A stretch of DNA of 64,000 nt from positions 8,324 to 72,323 of the forward strand of contig SVTC01000008.1 of NCBI GenBank assembly GCA_015063985.1. The letters are read 5' to 3'. Origin of the DNA: Oscillospiraceae bacterium. Its GTDB lineage: Bacteria; Bacillota; Clostridia; Oscillospirales; SIG627. Below, one piece after another: positions 17,565-27,731 of this stretch. Positions within the stretch are counted from its first letter, which is position 1; each line of letters opens with the position of its first letter. The notes beneath the pieces were generated by a model, which was given only the letters and a program-made list of their open reading frames with translations, was not told where the DNA came from and made no database searches. A program made the position numbers and the translations under genes.

Positions 17565-18439
17565 GGCTTTTTCCTCCCATTCAGAATATCACTTACAAGA
17601 GCCGCCGCCTCATCCTCGTCAACTATGCCGTCGGGAAGAGAAAAAAAGCGGGGATCCTTTTTCAGCATATACAAAAGCTTGGTGGGGCCGGGAACGTCAA
17701 GCCCCACGCTTTCAAGAAGCTCAACACGGGAGAATACCTCCCTCGGGGTGCCGTCGCAAAGCACCTTGCCGTCGTTCATTACCACCACTCTGTCAGCCCT
17801 TGCCGCCTCATTCATATAATGAGTTATCAATACGACCGTTATGCCCCGCTCCTTGTTGAGCTTTAAAACGGTGGAGATTATTTCTTCCCTTCCCGCAGGA
17901 TCCAGCATAGCGGTGGATTCATCAAGAACTATACACTGCGGCATCATTGCAAGTATTCCCGCGACAGCCACTCTTTGCTTCTGTCCACCGGAGAGCCTTC
18001 CCGGGGCGTGAAGCTTATATTTTGCCATCCCCACGGTCTCGAGGGCTTCATCAACTCTTTTTCTTATCTCGCTCGGCTCTATTCCCAGATTCTCCGGTCC
18101 GAAGGCAACGTCCTCCTCGACAACGGAGCCGACTATCTGGTTATCGGGGTTTTGAAAGACCATTCCCACCTTGCGGCGGATCTCAGTGAGATTTTTTTCC
18201 TCCGAGGTATCCAGGCCGTTGACCAGTACCCTTCCCGAGGTTGGGGTAAGTATGCCGTTTATAAGCTTTGCAAAGGTGGATTTTCCCGAGCCGTTATGAC
18301 CGAGTATAGCCACAAAGGAGCCCCTTTCTATATCCAGAGACACGTTCTTTAAGGCTCTTGAGCCGGGATCGTCCTCGTATTCAAAAAAGACTTCCCTTGC
18401 GCTTATTATTATATTATCTTCCATTTTCACCTTTCCCAT
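17561..18439 (-). CDS. ecfA: energy-coupling factor transporter ATPase (A component)
   Basis: Walker [18 protein letters not shown] and CIVLDEST. Confidence 0.9.
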   Translation of the reverse strand: MGKVKMEDNIIISAREVFFEYEDDPGSRALKNVSLDIERGSFVAILGHNGSGKSTFAKLINGILTPTSGRVLVNGLDTSEEKNLTEIRRKVGMVFQNPDNQIVGSVVEEDVAFGPENLGIEPSEIRKRVDEALETVGMAKYKLHAPGRLSGGQKQRVAVAGILAMMPQCIVLDESTAMLDPAGREEIISTVLKLNKERGITVVLITHYMNEAARADRVVVMNDGKVLCDGTPREVFSRVELLESVGLDVPGPTKLLYMLKKDPRFFSLPDGIVDEDEAAALVSDILNGRKKP

Positions 18440-19284
18440 CTTGCGCTTGCTCCGCAGGGCAGACAGCCGCCCGTGGATCCGACCCTGAGCCCCAGCTCGT
18501 CAAAGCTGAGCCTTCCTCCGAGATGAGCGGTCTCCTTGGCAAGAAGATATCCCACGGTCCCCGCGGAAAGACCGGTGGTGTAGGAATTCACAAGTATGAA
18601 AAGAGGATCGTCGGAAAGTATCTGCATTACCTGAGAAATAAAGCCGTGGATATTATCCTCAAGCCTCCAGGTCTCGCCGCCGGGACCTCTGCCGTAGCTG
18701 GGAGGATCCATTATAACCGCATCGTACTTATTCTGACGCCTGATCTCTCTTGTCACAAATTTGGAGCAATCGTCCACAATATATCTTATCGGAGCGTTCT
18801 CCAGCCCGTTAAGTGCCGCATTCTCCTTTGCCTGATTTACCATATTCTTTGCGGCATCAACGTGACACACCTTGGCACCCGCCTTGGCAGCGGCTATAGT
18901 GGCACCGCCCGTGTAAGCAAAGAGATTTAGTACGTTTATGGGCCTTCCCGCCTCTTTTATCTTCCGAGAGAACCACTCCCAGTTAGCCGCCTGCTCGGGA
19001 AAAAGTCCCGTATGCTTAAAGCCCATCGGCTTTATCTTGAAGCTGTATTCCCCCACTGCGATGTTCCAGCTTGCGGGAAGACGGTTCTCACTCCAGGCGC
19101 CGCCGCCCGAGCTCGAGCGGGAATATCTGGCATCAGCTCTGTTCCAAAGACCAGAGCTTTTGCAATTCTTCCAAATGACCTGAGGATCGGGTCTGACAAG
19201 AATATAGTCGCCCCAGCTTTCCAGCCTCTCCCCGTCGGAGCAATCATGGAGGATATATTCACCTGTATTTTGCGGTGTCCACAT
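18427..19284 (-). CDS. class I SAM-dependent (rRNA-type, RlmI/RlmK-like) methyltransferase
   Basis: [12 protein letters not shown]-binding motif and DPPSYGRG (DPP motif). N-terminus GERLE.WGDY.LVRPDPQ.IW typical of this family. Confidence 0.75.
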   Translation of the reverse strand: MWTPQNTGEYILHDCSDGERLESWGDYILVRPDPQVIWKNCKSSGLWNRADARYSRSSSGGGAWSENRLPASWNIAVGEYSFKIKPMGFKHTGLFPEQAANWEWFSRKIKEAGRPINVLNLFAYTGGATIAAAKAGAKVCHVDAAKNMVNQAKENAALNGLENAPIRYIVDDCSKFVTREIRRQNKYDAVIMDPPSYGRGPGGETWRLEDNIHGFISQVMQILSDDPLFILVNSYTTGLSAGTVGYLLAKETAHLGGRLSFDELGLRVGSTGGCLPCGASARWER

Positions 19285-19297
19285 AAATCAACACGTC

Positions 19298-20398
19298 CTA
19301 TTCGATAGAAATCTGTTCAAAGCTTGTTTTCTTCTCCTCAAAGGGAATGCCCAGATGCTCGTATGCAAGATGGGTAACGCATCTGCCCCTGGGAGTTCTG
19401 TTTATAAATCCGATCTGCATAAGGTAGGGCTCGTAAACGTCCTCAATGGTAACGCTCTCCTCTCCGATGGTAGCGGCAAGGGTCTCAAGTCCCACAGGAC
19501 CGCCGGAAAAGCTTTTTATAATAGACGTGAGCATTTTTCTGTCCACTCCGTCAAGCCCCAGCTCGTCCACCTCAAGGCGTTCAAGCGCCGTAGAAGCAAT
19601 CTTTTTATCTATCACGCCGTCACCCAGCACCTGAGCAAAATCTCTGACTCTTCTTAAAAATCTGTTGGCGATCCTGGGAGTTCCTCTTGAGCGGCGTGCT
19701 ATCTCCAAGGCTCCCTCCTCCTCGATCTCTATACCGAGGATCCCCGCACTTCTTGTGACGATGGAGGCAAGCTCGCTGTGAGTATAAAGCTCAAGGCGCA
19801 TTATCATACCGAATCTGTCTCTCAAGGGCGCACTGAGCTGACCCGCTCTTGTGGTGGCACCTATAAGGGTGAAGCGCTCCAAGGGGATCCTTATGCTTCT
19901 TGCGGCGGGTCCCGTGCCCATGATTATATCCAGAGCGTAATCCTCCATGGCGGGATACAGTATCTCCTCGATATTTCTGGAAAGGCGGTGTATCTCATCG
20001 ATAAAAAGCACGTCGCCGTGATTGAGATTTGTAAGCAAAGCCGCAAGATCCCCCTGCTTTTCAATGGCAGGGCCCGAGGTTATCCTTATGTTTACCCCCA
20101 TCTCAGCGGCGATTATGTGTGCAAGAGTTGTCTTTCCCAAGCCGGGAGGGCCGTATAAAAGGAGGTGGTCCAGACTCTCGCCTCTGCTTTTTGCCGCCTG
20201 CATAAATACCTTTAGGTTTTCTCTGACCTTCTCCTGACCCACGTATTCGTCAAGGCATTGGGGTCTTAAGCTTACCTCACCGTCGGAAGCGCCTCCGTCC
20301 TCCTCCGAATAGCCCGCGCTTACGATCCGGTTTTCAAAATCGCTGTCCGGGAAGATATCCTTTGAATCCTTTATCATACTCTGAAAATCCTTTATCAT
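19298..20398 (-). CDS. ruvB: Holliday junction branch migration DNA helicase
   Basis: [27 protein letters not shown] and [15 protein letters not shown]. Confidence 0.95.
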   Translation of the reverse strand: MIKDFQSMIKDSKDIFPDSDFENRIVSAGYSEEDGGASDGEVSLRPQCLDEYVGQEKVRENLKVFMQAAKSRGESLDHLLLYGPPGLGKTTLAHIIAAEMGVNIRITSGPAIEKQGDLAALLTNLNHGDVLFIDEIHRLSRNIEEILYPAMEDYALDIIMGTGPAARSIRIPLERFTLIGATTRAGQLSAPLRDRFGMIMRLELYTHSELASIVTRSAGILGIEIEEEGALEIARRSRGTPRIANRFLRRVRDFAQVLGDGVIDKKIASTALERLEVDELGLDGVDRKMLTSIIKSFSGGPVGLETLAATIGEESVTIEDVYEPYLMQIGFINRTPRGRCVTHLAYEHLGIPFEEKKTSFEQISIE

Positions 20399-21003
20399 TT
20401 CATTGAAAGTGCCTTAAGAGCCTCTCTTATAAGAGCCTCCACGCTCTTGCCCGTAACGTCCACGCCCGAGAGGGCTTCACTTGCCTGCTGACGGGAATAG
20501 CCAAGAACCACAAGGGCGTTGACCGCTTCGGCAACGGCAGAGCCTCTCGAGGGCGCCGCAGCCGCCAAGGGTGCAGAGGAAATATCCCCCGTCTTTGACT
20601 TTGCAAGCTTATCCTTAAGCTCCAGGATTATTCTTTGGGCGGTCTTATTTCCTATACCCTGAGCGCAGGACAGCCCCTTGGCATCCCCGGCAAGAACCGC
20701 ACTGACAACGTCGGAAGCGGAAAGACTGCCAAGGATAGACATCGCTGCCTTGGGTCCCACTCCGGAGACCGTATTCAAAAGGCGGAATATGTCCAGCTCC
20801 TGCTTTTGGGAAAAGCCAAAAAGCTCCACCCCGTCCTCTCTCACGCTAAGATGGGTGTATAAAAGCACCTTTTCTCCTACCTTCCGGCTGAGTTCGCCCA
20901 TATCTCTCAAGGATACGGTAAGCTGATATCCCACTCCTCCTGCCTCTACCACGGCAATGCCGGGCTCACAAAGACAAAGGGTTCCGTTTACAGAATAAAA
21001 CAT
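20395..21003 (-). CDS. ruvA: Holliday junction branch migration complex subunit
   Basis: MFYS..G........VVE..GVGY.L, HhH region L..V.GVGPK.A and its position between ruvC and ruvB. Confidence 0.9.
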   Translation of the reverse strand: MFYSVNGTLCLCEPGIAVVEAGGVGYQLTVSLRDMGELSRKVGEKVLLYTHLSVREDGVELFGFSQKQELDIFRLLNTVSGVGPKAAMSILGSLSASDVVSAVLAGDAKGLSCAQGIGNKTAQRIILELKDKLAKSKTGDISSAPLAAAAPSRGSAVAEAVNALVVLGYSRQQASEALSGVDVTGKSVEALIREALKALSMK

Positions 21004-21024
21004 TACTTCCTCACTGAAATTGAT

Positions 21025-21555
21025 TTATTTTCCCGCAGTTTTTTTCGATGCCTTGAGCATAGCGGTCTTAAGCTCTCCCAGCTTTGATGCACCTATGCTT
21101 GCATGGCAAATGGCAAGGGCAAGTGCGTCTGCCGCATCGTCGGGCTTTGGGATACGGCTGAGCTTGAGCTGGAGCTTTGTCATTTCCTGCACCTGCCTTT
21201 TTTCCGCTCTTCCGTAGCCGCACACAGCCACCTTGACCTGCAGTGGGGTATATTCGAAGATCGGTAATCCAAACTTTTCCGCACAGGCAAGGATAACTCC
21301 CCTCGCCTGGCAAACGTTAACGGCGGTCTTCTGGTTGTTATTGAAGAAAAGCTCCTCAATAGCCATAGCATCAGGTGTATAGCGCTCAATAAGCTCGGTC
21401 ATATTTTGGAAGATATCCCAAAGTCTTTTTTCCGTGCGTTCACCCGCGGGCGTGGAAATAACACCGCAATTAACGAATTTTGAGTGGATGCCGTCGCTGA
21501 TAACGACGCCAAAGCCGACGGTAGCAATTCCCGGATCTATCCCCAGGATAACCAT
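21025..21555 (-). CDS. ruvC: crossover junction endodeoxyribonuclease
   Basis: ILGIDPG...G.GV, AIEE.FF..N and DAADALA.A.CH motifs. Confidence 0.9.
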   Translation of the reverse strand: MVILGIDPGIATVGFGVVISDGIHSKFVNCGVISTPAGERTEKRLWDIFQNMTELIERYTPDAMAIEELFFNNNQKTAVNVCQARGVILACAEKFGLPIFEYTPLQVKVAVCGYGRAEKRQVQEMTKLQLKLSRIPKPDDAADALALAICHASIGASKLGELKTAMLKASKKTAGK

Positions 21556-21795
21556 AAAGCCACCACCTTTTTTCTCAAAATTCTGATACTTTTCCTTTTA
21601 TCATTTTATTGTACCACATTTTAAGTATAAAGTCAAACAAAACCTTAGAAAATTAAAACAAACTTCACTTTTTCTTAAAGCCGCCTTTTCAAATGCAAAA
21701 AAATAAATTTTCAGCCAAGGTTTTTCTTTAAACAACTTGAATAAATGATAATTATTTGTTATAATAACAGGTATAAAACTTATCAGGAGAATAAA

Positions 21796-23070
21796 ATGAC
21801 AGTCACTGAGCTTAAAAACACAATAAACAACGGCGAATTTGATGAAAAATTCCAATTGCTCTATTCCAAGGAAAACATCCCCGCGGCAAGAGAAAGATAT
21901 CTCAATGCCGTTTTTGAGTTCGAGAAGATATTCGGCTCGGAGGGATCAGTCAGCGTTTTTTCCGTTCCCGGAAGAAGCGAGATCAGCGGTAACCATACCG
22001 ACCACAACCACGGAAAGGTGATCGCCGCAAGCGTGGATCTTGACATTATCGCCATCGCCAGAAGGACCGACGGCAACACCGTAAGAGTAAAAAGCGCAGG
22101 CTTTGATATGGACACCGTAGACATCAACGTAAGGGACGGCTACGAGAGGTTCACCAGCTGTGCCCTTATAGCAGGCGTTATCGACGGCCTGGAAAAGAGA
22201 GGCTTTGAGATCTGCGGCTTTGACGCTTACACCACCTCCAACGTATTCAAGGGCTCGGGACTTTCCTCCTCTGCCGCCTTTGAAAATATGATCGGCACCA
22301 TCCTGAACCACTTCTCCAACGACGGCAAGATCGACTTTGTCACAATAAGCCAGATATCTCAATACGCCGAGAACGTTTTCTTCGGCAAGCCCTCGGGACT
22401 TATGGATCAGATCGCCTGCGCCGCAGGAGGATTTGTGGGCATCGATTTTGAGGATCCCACAGAGCCCGTAGTAAAGACCATCGACTTTGACCTTACCAAG
22501 GAAGGCTATAGCCTTGCTATAGTAAACACCGGCGGAAACCACGCAAATCTCAACGATGAATATGCAGCCATCACCGTAGAAATGAAAAAGATCTGCAAAT
22601 TCTTCGGCAAGAGCTACTTAAGAGAGCTGACCAAGGAGGACGTGCTCAATAACGTCACCGCGCTGAGAGCATCCTGCGGCGACAGAGCCATTCTCAGAGC
22701 TCTTCACTTCTTCAACGAGAACCAAAGAGTGGAAAAGCAGCTCAAGGCCTTGGAGAACAAGGATCTCGGCACCTTCTTTGAGAACGTCACCGCATCCGGA
22801 AGGTCCAGCCTGCAGATGCTCCAAAACATATTCTGTTGCGCCTCTCCCGAGGATCAGGGTCTTACCCTGGCACTTTCCCTCTGCCCCGAGATCCTGGACG
22901 AGCGCTGTGTATGGAGAGTACACGGCGGCGGATTTGCGGGTACTATTCTGGTCTTTGTTCCTCAGGATACAGTTAATAAATTCAAGACCGATATTGAAAA
23001 ATTCTTCGGCGACGGAAGCTGCTTTATTCTTAAGGTCAGAACCGTCGGTGCGGTTTGCCTGAGCAAATGA
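21796..23070 (+). CDS. galK: galactokinase-family GHMP kinase
   Basis: PGRSEISGNHTDHN (galactokinase signature variant) and GSGLSSSAA (GHMP ATP motif). Start at ATG 21796 with GGAGAA upstream; the track ORF starts at 21745. Confidence 0.8.
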   Translation: MTVTELKNTINNGEFDEKFQLLYSKENIPAARERYLNAVFEFEKIFGSEGSVSVFSVPGRSEISGNHTDHNHGKVIAASVDLDIIAIARRTDGNTVRVKSAGFDMDTVDINVRDGYERFTSCALIAGVIDGLEKRGFEICGFDAYTTSNVFKGSGLSSSAAFENMIGTILNHFSNDGKIDFVTISQISQYAENVFFGKPSGLMDQIACAAGGFVGIDFEDPTEPVVKTIDFDLTKEGYSLAIVNTGGNHANLNDEYAAITVEMKKICKFFGKSYLRELTKEDVLNNVTALRASCGDRAILRALHFFNENQRVEKQLKALENKDLGTFFENVTASGRSSLQMLQNIFCCASPEDQGLTLALSLCPEILDERCVWRVHGGGFAGTILVFVPQDTVNKFKTDIEKFFGDGSCFILKVRTVGAVCLSK

Positions 23071-23408
23071 AGGACATTCGTTGGAAGACCATAGTCCCCA
23101 TCGTCCTTTGGTGCGCAGTATGGATGGCTGTATACTTTTTCTCGGTATCCCGAGGCTTTAACGCCATAATGCCTATCTATATGGCAATTGTCTGCATCGG
23201 TGCACTGGCTTACATTTTCTTCCAAAGCCCCGCAGTGGAGATAGAGGGCAAGGAGACCGAAAACAGAAAAAGATCTGCCGTTATAAGGCTTCATCAATCC
23301 AAGCAGCGCCACATTTGCAGAATGATAATATTCATCATTCTCCCCTTTATCATCAGCTTTCTGACAGACTATATAATGATTCTTGTGGAAACCAAGCTCA
23401 ATTTCTGA
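23067..23408 (+). CDS. small membrane protein, hypothetical
   Basis: ATG at 23067 overlaps the galK stop (ATGA). Three predicted hydrophobic helices. No recognisable family. Confidence 0.45.
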   Translation: MKDIRWKTIVPIVLWCAVWMAVYFFSVSRGFNAIMPIYMAIVCIGALAYIFFQSPAVEIEGKETENRKRSAVIRLHQSKQRHICRMIIFIILPFIISFLTDYIMILVETKLNF

Positions 23409-23419
23409 AAAGGATAATT

Positions 23420-24229
23420 ATGTTCGATTGCAAGACTCTTGCATCCGGATCTACGGGAAACTGCGTTTTTTTCCGAGAGGGAAAAAGCGCTTTTCTCATT
23501 GATGCGGGTATCAGCTTTAAAAAGATCTGCTCATATCTTTCCGATATGAGCCTTTCCCTTGATGCTCTTAAGGGAGTATTTATAACCCATGAGCACAGCG
23601 ACCACACAAAGGCGCTGGCAACGTTATCAAAGCGCACGGATATTCCCATCTATGCTACTCTCCCCACCGCAAGGGAGATCTATCAGGACCTCTTCCAGAA
23701 AAACGACGGTGAAGCCTGCAGGCGCTTTAAAGAAAACGTGAGGATCATTGAGACCGGCATCTGCTATCCCGCGGGAGAATTGGGCATAACCGCCTTCGAT
23801 CTGCCTCACGACAGCGTCTCCTGTGTAGGCTTTAGCATCTCTGATGATTTCGGGGAAAAGCTTCTGGGGCTGGCGGCGGATATGGGACACATAACCTCCA
23901 AGGCGGTCGAGGCTCTTGTTGGGTGTAAAAGCGTGATACTGGAATCAAACCACGATCTCGAAATGCTCAAGAATTCCTCCTATCCCTCATTTCTGAAGGA
24001 AAGAATAGGCTCGGATTACGGTCATTTATCCAATTTCGACTGCTCGAGGCTTGCGGAATACCTTATAAAAAACAACACAAAGAACCTTTGTCTATATCAC
24101 CTTTCCGAGGAAAACAATCTTCCGGAGCTTGCTTTAAGCACCACCTCTGAAAGGCTTGCCGCCTCGACAAACACTAAGTATAACGTAACGGTTGCGGCAA
24201 AGGAAGGCATTACCGAGGTGATACAGTGA
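23420..24229 (+). CDS. MBL-fold metallo-hydrolase (YycJ/WalJ-like)
   Basis: THEHSDH zinc motif. MFDCKTLASGSTGNC.F....K.AFLIDAG N-terminus. Followed by rlmH, as in many Firmicutes. Start at ATG 23420 after AAGGA. Confidence 0.8.
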   Translation: MFDCKTLASGSTGNCVFFREGKSAFLIDAGISFKKICSYLSDMSLSLDALKGVFITHEHSDHTKALATLSKRTDIPIYATLPTAREIYQDLFQKNDGEACRRFKENVRIIETGICYPAGELGITAFDLPHDSVSCVGFSISDDFGEKLLGLAADMGHITSKAVEALVGCKSVILESNHDLEMLKNSSYPSFLKERIGSDYGHLSNFDCSRLAEYLIKNNTKNLCLYHLSEENNLPELALSTTSERLAASTNTKYNVTVAAKEGITEVIQ

Positions 24230-24717
24230 ATTTTTACGTGCTTCACACAGGCGACTCCAAGGAGCATTATTGGACTGACGCCTTTAAGGAATACAAAAAA
24301 AGAATGAGCCCTCTGCTATTGGAGGATATTTGCCTTAAGCCCCAAAAGCTTCCCGTCGATCCCAATCCCATGCAGATAGAGCAAGCTCTCGAAAAGGAAG
24401 CGGATGCAATATTTGCCGCACTAAAAAAGCACTCGTTGGATTCCGCTCAGACTCTTAAGATAGCGCTTTGCATTGAAGGAAAAATGCTGTCCTCGGAAAA
24501 GCTCGCCGAGCTTATAGAGCAAAGCCGGATAGACGGAAGATCCCAGGCGGTATTTATTCTCGGAAGCAGCCACGGTCTCAGTCCGAGAGTAAAGGACCGG
24601 TGCTTCAAGCTTTCCTTTTCGCCTATGACCTTCCCCCATCAGCTGGCAAAGGTAATGCTTGCAGAGCAGATCTACCGTGCAACGTCCATAATAAAGGGTA
24701 CAAAATACCACAAGTAA
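24226..24717 (+). CDS. rlmH: 23S rRNA (pseudouridine1915-N3)-methyltransferase
   Basis: About 160 aa SPOUT protein. EY.KR, F.LGSSHGLS, LS.S.MTFPHQL.. and LAEQIYRA motifs. Confidence 0.9.
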   Translation: MNFYVLHTGDSKEHYWTDAFKEYKKRMSPLLLEDICLKPQKLPVDPNPMQIEQALEKEADAIFAALKKHSLDSAQTLKIALCIEGKMLSSEKLAELIEQSRIDGRSQAVFILGSSHGLSPRVKDRCFKLSFSPMTFPHQLAKVMLAEQIYRATSIIKGTKYHK

Positions 24718-24728
24718 GAGGATGTAGA

Positions 24729-25604
24729 ATGAGATTATCGGTTAACGAAAGCTACTTCAGGCAATCGCCCATAAAAAAAAGAACTCAGCTCGATACTCTC
24801 AAGCTGATAAAGGACGGCGGCTTTGATACTGTGGATTTCGGTCTTTTCAATTTAAAAAAGCACAGTGACGAGGGCGACGATCATAGGGCGTGGATAAGCA
24901 AAAGAAGAGAATACTGCGAAAGCATTGGCTTGAAGGTAAACCAGACCCATGCTCCCTTTTATGAAGGCAAGCCTATGCCCGAGAGCTATAAAGAAAGACT
25001 TCTGCAGTGTGTCGAGGATACGGCCGCTTTGGGTGCCGACTGTATGGTAGCCCACGGCGATACCTGGTACTGCGAAAAATACAACCAATGGGATTACAGC
25101 TCGGTAGTAAACGAGGTGTACGAGGTATTTGCACCGGCTGTGGAGCTTGCCGCAGGGCTTGGAATAAAAATAGCAATGGAAACGCTTCACGAGTGGCTGG
25201 GCAACCATTATCACAGAGTAAGACTTTGCTCCTTTGTGGAGGAGATCGACGATCTTTTAGACAGATTCAACTGCGACGCCGTAGGCGTGTGCTGGGATTT
25301 CGGACACGCCGCGCTGGTATACAAAGAGGATCAGTTCAAGGCACTTAAAAGACTGCGCCACCCGATAATCGCCACCCACGTCCACGATAACTATTTCAGA
25401 AACGATGCCCACAGCCTCCCCTTTCAAGGATCGATAAATTGGCATGAGGCTATGCGGACCTTAGTCGAAATCGGTTACCGAGGCGATCTCACTCTGGAAT
25501 TGGGTCACGGAGCCATTCCCGACGGACTTATAAATGATTTTATCAGCTACACCCACAAAACGGGAATGGAGCTTTTGGATATCTTCAACTCCTTTTCGCA
25601 ATAG
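24729..25604 (+). CDS. sugar phosphate isomerase/epimerase (xylose-isomerase-like TIM barrel)
   Basis: HAPF, the metal ligands ME.LHEW, CWDFGHA and HVHDN. Start at ATG 24729. Confidence 0.75.
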   Translation: MRLSVNESYFRQSPIKKRTQLDTLKLIKDGGFDTVDFGLFNLKKHSDEGDDHRAWISKRREYCESIGLKVNQTHAPFYEGKPMPESYKERLLQCVEDTAALGADCMVAHGDTWYCEKYNQWDYSSVVNEVYEVFAPAVELAAGLGIKIAMETLHEWLGNHYHRVRLCSFVEEIDDLLDRFNCDAVGVCWDFGHAALVYKEDQFKALKRLRHPIIATHVHDNYFRNDAHSLPFQGSINWHEAMRTLVEIGYRGDLTLELGHGAIPDGLINDFISYTHKTGMELLDIFNSFSQ

Positions 25605-25608
25605 TAAG

Positions 25609-25656
25609 AATAAAAAAGACTGTCATTGAGGCACACTCCGTAAGGAAGTGTGCCTC
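25609..25656 (+). terminator. terminator-like hairpin; left arm of a 48-bp inverted repeat
   Basis: AATAAAAAAGACTGTC, then hairpin GAGGCACACT-ccgtaagga-AGTGTGCCTC. Its partner in inverted orientation is at 25932-25980. Confidence 0.5.
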
Positions 25657-25833
25657 AGTTATATTCGCCAAAGGCGAGTTATATTGCTACGCAGTTATAT
25701 TTGGGCTATGCCCAAGTTATATTCGCTTCGCGAGTTTTTGGGGCGAATATAATATCACTGAAACTGTAAGTTTCAATATCACTTTGCGCGATAAAGCAAA
25801 ATATCACTGTGAGACCTGTCTCACAATATCACT
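25657..25833. repeat. array of 9-bp direct repeats separated by different small GC-rich palindromes
   Basis: AGTTATATT starts at 25657, 25677, 25693 and 25715, with a degenerate AGTTTTTGG at 25733. AATATCACT starts at 25751, 25775, 25800 and 25825. The spacers are mini-hairpins: CGCCAAAGGCG, TGGGCTATGCCCA, CGCTTCGCG, GAAACTGTAAGTTTC, TTGCGCGATAAAGCAA and GTGAGACCTGTCTCAC. Confidence 0.8.
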
Positions 25834-25931
25834 TAATATTCTAATTTTTGAGATAGGTTGATTTTTAAAGTGTGTAACCCACTATGACACTTATCTGTAG
25901 AAAGTGTCAATTTTTATATAAAAAGAACAAA

Positions 25932-25980
25932 GGGAGACAACTTCCTTACGGAGTGTCTCCCTTCGACAGTCTTTTTTATT
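25932..25980 (-). terminator. rho-independent terminator of the 25982-27544 gene; right arm of the inverted repeat
   Basis: Hairpin GGGAGACA-(14 nt)-TGTCTCCC. On the minus strand it is followed by TTTGTTCTTTTTAT. It shares AATAAAAAAGACTGTC and ACACTCCGTAAGGAAGT with 25609-25656. Confidence 0.6.
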
Positions 25981-25981
25981 A

Positions 25982-27544
25982 TCAAACCTCCTCGAAGTAC
26001 TCGATGAGGCTTTCGAAGTTGCTATTAACGTTGGTCTCGATTCCGTTCCACATAGAAGCGAAATCATTGCTTCCGTCTCTTCCTATCATATGACGGAACT
26101 TGAAGGAAACGTCTGCGATGTTAACAGAGTAGATAAGACCGAAGTTGTAGTTGTTACCTGCAAGGATCATATCATAGATCTTCAGATCGTAGTCCTCGCT
26201 GTCCTCGGAACGGATGTAACGGTATTTCATAACTACCTCGAAGTAGTTTGGAGCAACAGTTCTGTAACTCTCTTCGTTGAGCTTTTCAAGAACTGCACCT
26301 GCAAGATAGTCTCTTGTGGTGGTGCCGTCAGCACAGAGAAAGCCCTCAACTCCCCACGGAATAGCAAAGGCGGTATAGCCGTCTGCCTGAGAGGTGAAAT
26401 AGCCCTCCTGGCTCTTGTCGAACTTAGGCATGGGAAGCAGACCGTAATCGTCCTTCATATCTCTGAAGTTGTTTGCACAACTGAGGACATCGGCGTGGAA
26501 GATCATATTTCCGTTGATGAACTTAGAGAGGTAAAGTCCACCGTCGCCTGCGTTGTAATATGCGGTATTTGTCCATACACCGTCGCACTCAAAGGCAAGG
26601 CTGTAAAGCTTATTGAGCGCATTAACGGTTCTTTCGGTATTGTAGGTAAGGTAAGGCATACCGTTCTCATCATCTCTGGTGATAAGGGCATCCATACCGT
26701 ACTGGAAGGAGTTACAGGGAATGGGACCTGCGAAGCGGTTACCGAAGCCATAGAAGTCACCCTCGCTTCTCTGACCGTCGCCGTCGGAATCGATCCACTT
26801 GTCTTTAACAAGCTCAGTGAACTTATCGATAGTCCAATCGCCGTCAATAACAAGCTTGTAGATACCCTCAGAGCCGCCCATCTCCTTATAATGCTCGTCT
26901 GCAAGACGCTTGTTAAAGAAGATACAGCCGGCACCGTAGGTAGAGGACAAGGAAAGATCGCCAACACAGGTGTACATCTGACCATTAAGGGTAGCCTCCT
27001 CAACGTATATCTGATTCCACCAGGGCTTTTCAAAATCCAGATAAGGAATATCGTAGAGGTTGGAGTATGTGTTTACGGTAACTGCGCAAGGCAGGAAGTA
27101 TCCGTAACCCATAACGATATCATAATCTCCGGTTCCGTTGAAAACTATAGCATCGACCTCAGATGCAAAGGTCCTTGTAGCGGCAGGCGCCTCACTGAAG
27201 ATCCAGTTAAGCTCAACACCCAGCTCCTCTTCCACCTTGATGTTTCTGTTGTAAACGGCATCGTTGATAATGTCATCGTTTAACTCTTCTACGGTAAGAT
27301 CGGTGGGATGAGCCTTATCGCAGTAGATATTTACGACCTCTCCGCCGAAATTAAGATCCGCAGGAAGAGCGGAATCCACAAGGGGTCTTCCCCATTCATC
27401 CAGATTGGGGTCGCTTTTGGTTTCGGTGGCGGCAGCAGTCTTATCGCCGTCGTTATCCTTTGTCGTAGCGGGATCGACCGAGCATGCAGCGAACAAAACC
27501 GCAACCATCGACAAAACGATCAGCAATGATAAAAGCTTTTTCAT
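25982..27544 (-). CDS. extracellular solute-binding lipoprotein, large family-1 type (carbohydrate ABC SBP), copy 1
   Basis: MKKLLSLLIVLSMVAVLFAACS lipobox. About 520 aa. Roughly 70% identical by eye to the next gene. Confidence 0.8.
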   Translation of the reverse strand: MKKLLSLLIVLSMVAVLFAACSVDPATTKDNDGDKTAAATETKSDPNLDEWGRPLVDSALPADLNFGGEVVNIYCDKAHPTDLTVEELNDDIINDAVYNRNIKVEEELGVELNWIFSEAPAATRTFASEVDAIVFNGTGDYDIVMGYGYFLPCAVTVNTYSNLYDIPYLDFEKPWWNQIYVEEATLNGQMYTCVGDLSLSSTYGAGCIFFNKRLADEHYKEMGGSEGIYKLVIDGDWTIDKFTELVKDKWIDSDGDGQRSEGDFYGFGNRFAGPIPCNSFQYGMDALITRDDENGMPYLTYNTERTVNALNKLYSLAFECDGVWTNTAYYNAGDGGLYLSKFINGNMIFHADVLSCANNFRDMKDDYGLLPMPKFDKSQEGYFTSQADGYTAFAIPWGVEGFLCADGTTTRDYLAGAVLEKLNEESYRTVAPNYFEVVMKYRYIRSEDSEDYDLKIYDMILAGNNYNFGLIYSVNIADVSFKFRHMIGRDGSNDFASMWNGIETNVNSNFESLIEYFEEV

Positions 27545-27680
27545 ACTATTCTCCTATTCTTATATCGATTCTTTGATCTTTTATAATTATACCACAAATA
27601 ATATATTAATCAAGCAAAATCAACACTTTTCCCCCAATTCGTCAAAACCCACAATCGCCAACATTTTCATTTGTGCACAA

Positions 27681-27712
27681 CGACAAAAGGAGCAGCCTAA
27701 GCTACTCCTTTT
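27681..27712 (-). terminator. terminator after the 27732-29279 gene
   Basis: Hairpin AAAAGGAGCAGC-ctaa-GCTACTCCTTTT with one mismatch and a T-run on the minus strand. Confidence 0.5.
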
Positions 27713-27731
27713 ATATTGGCTTATTGAATTA

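Noticed and set aside
21601-21855. 84-aa minus-strand ORF in the ruvC-galK intergenic region.
   Set aside because: It lies in an AT-rich divergent promoter region and overlaps the true galK start. It has no RBS and its composition is driven by A/T runs.
25657-25833. Possible CRISPR array, given regularly alternating repeats and unique spacers.
   Set aside because: The repeats are only 9 bp and the spacers 7-16 bp. Two different repeat types are used, there are no cas genes in the window, and the spacers are themselves palindromes. This is not CRISPR architecture. It is reported instead as an unexplained repeat/hairpin array.
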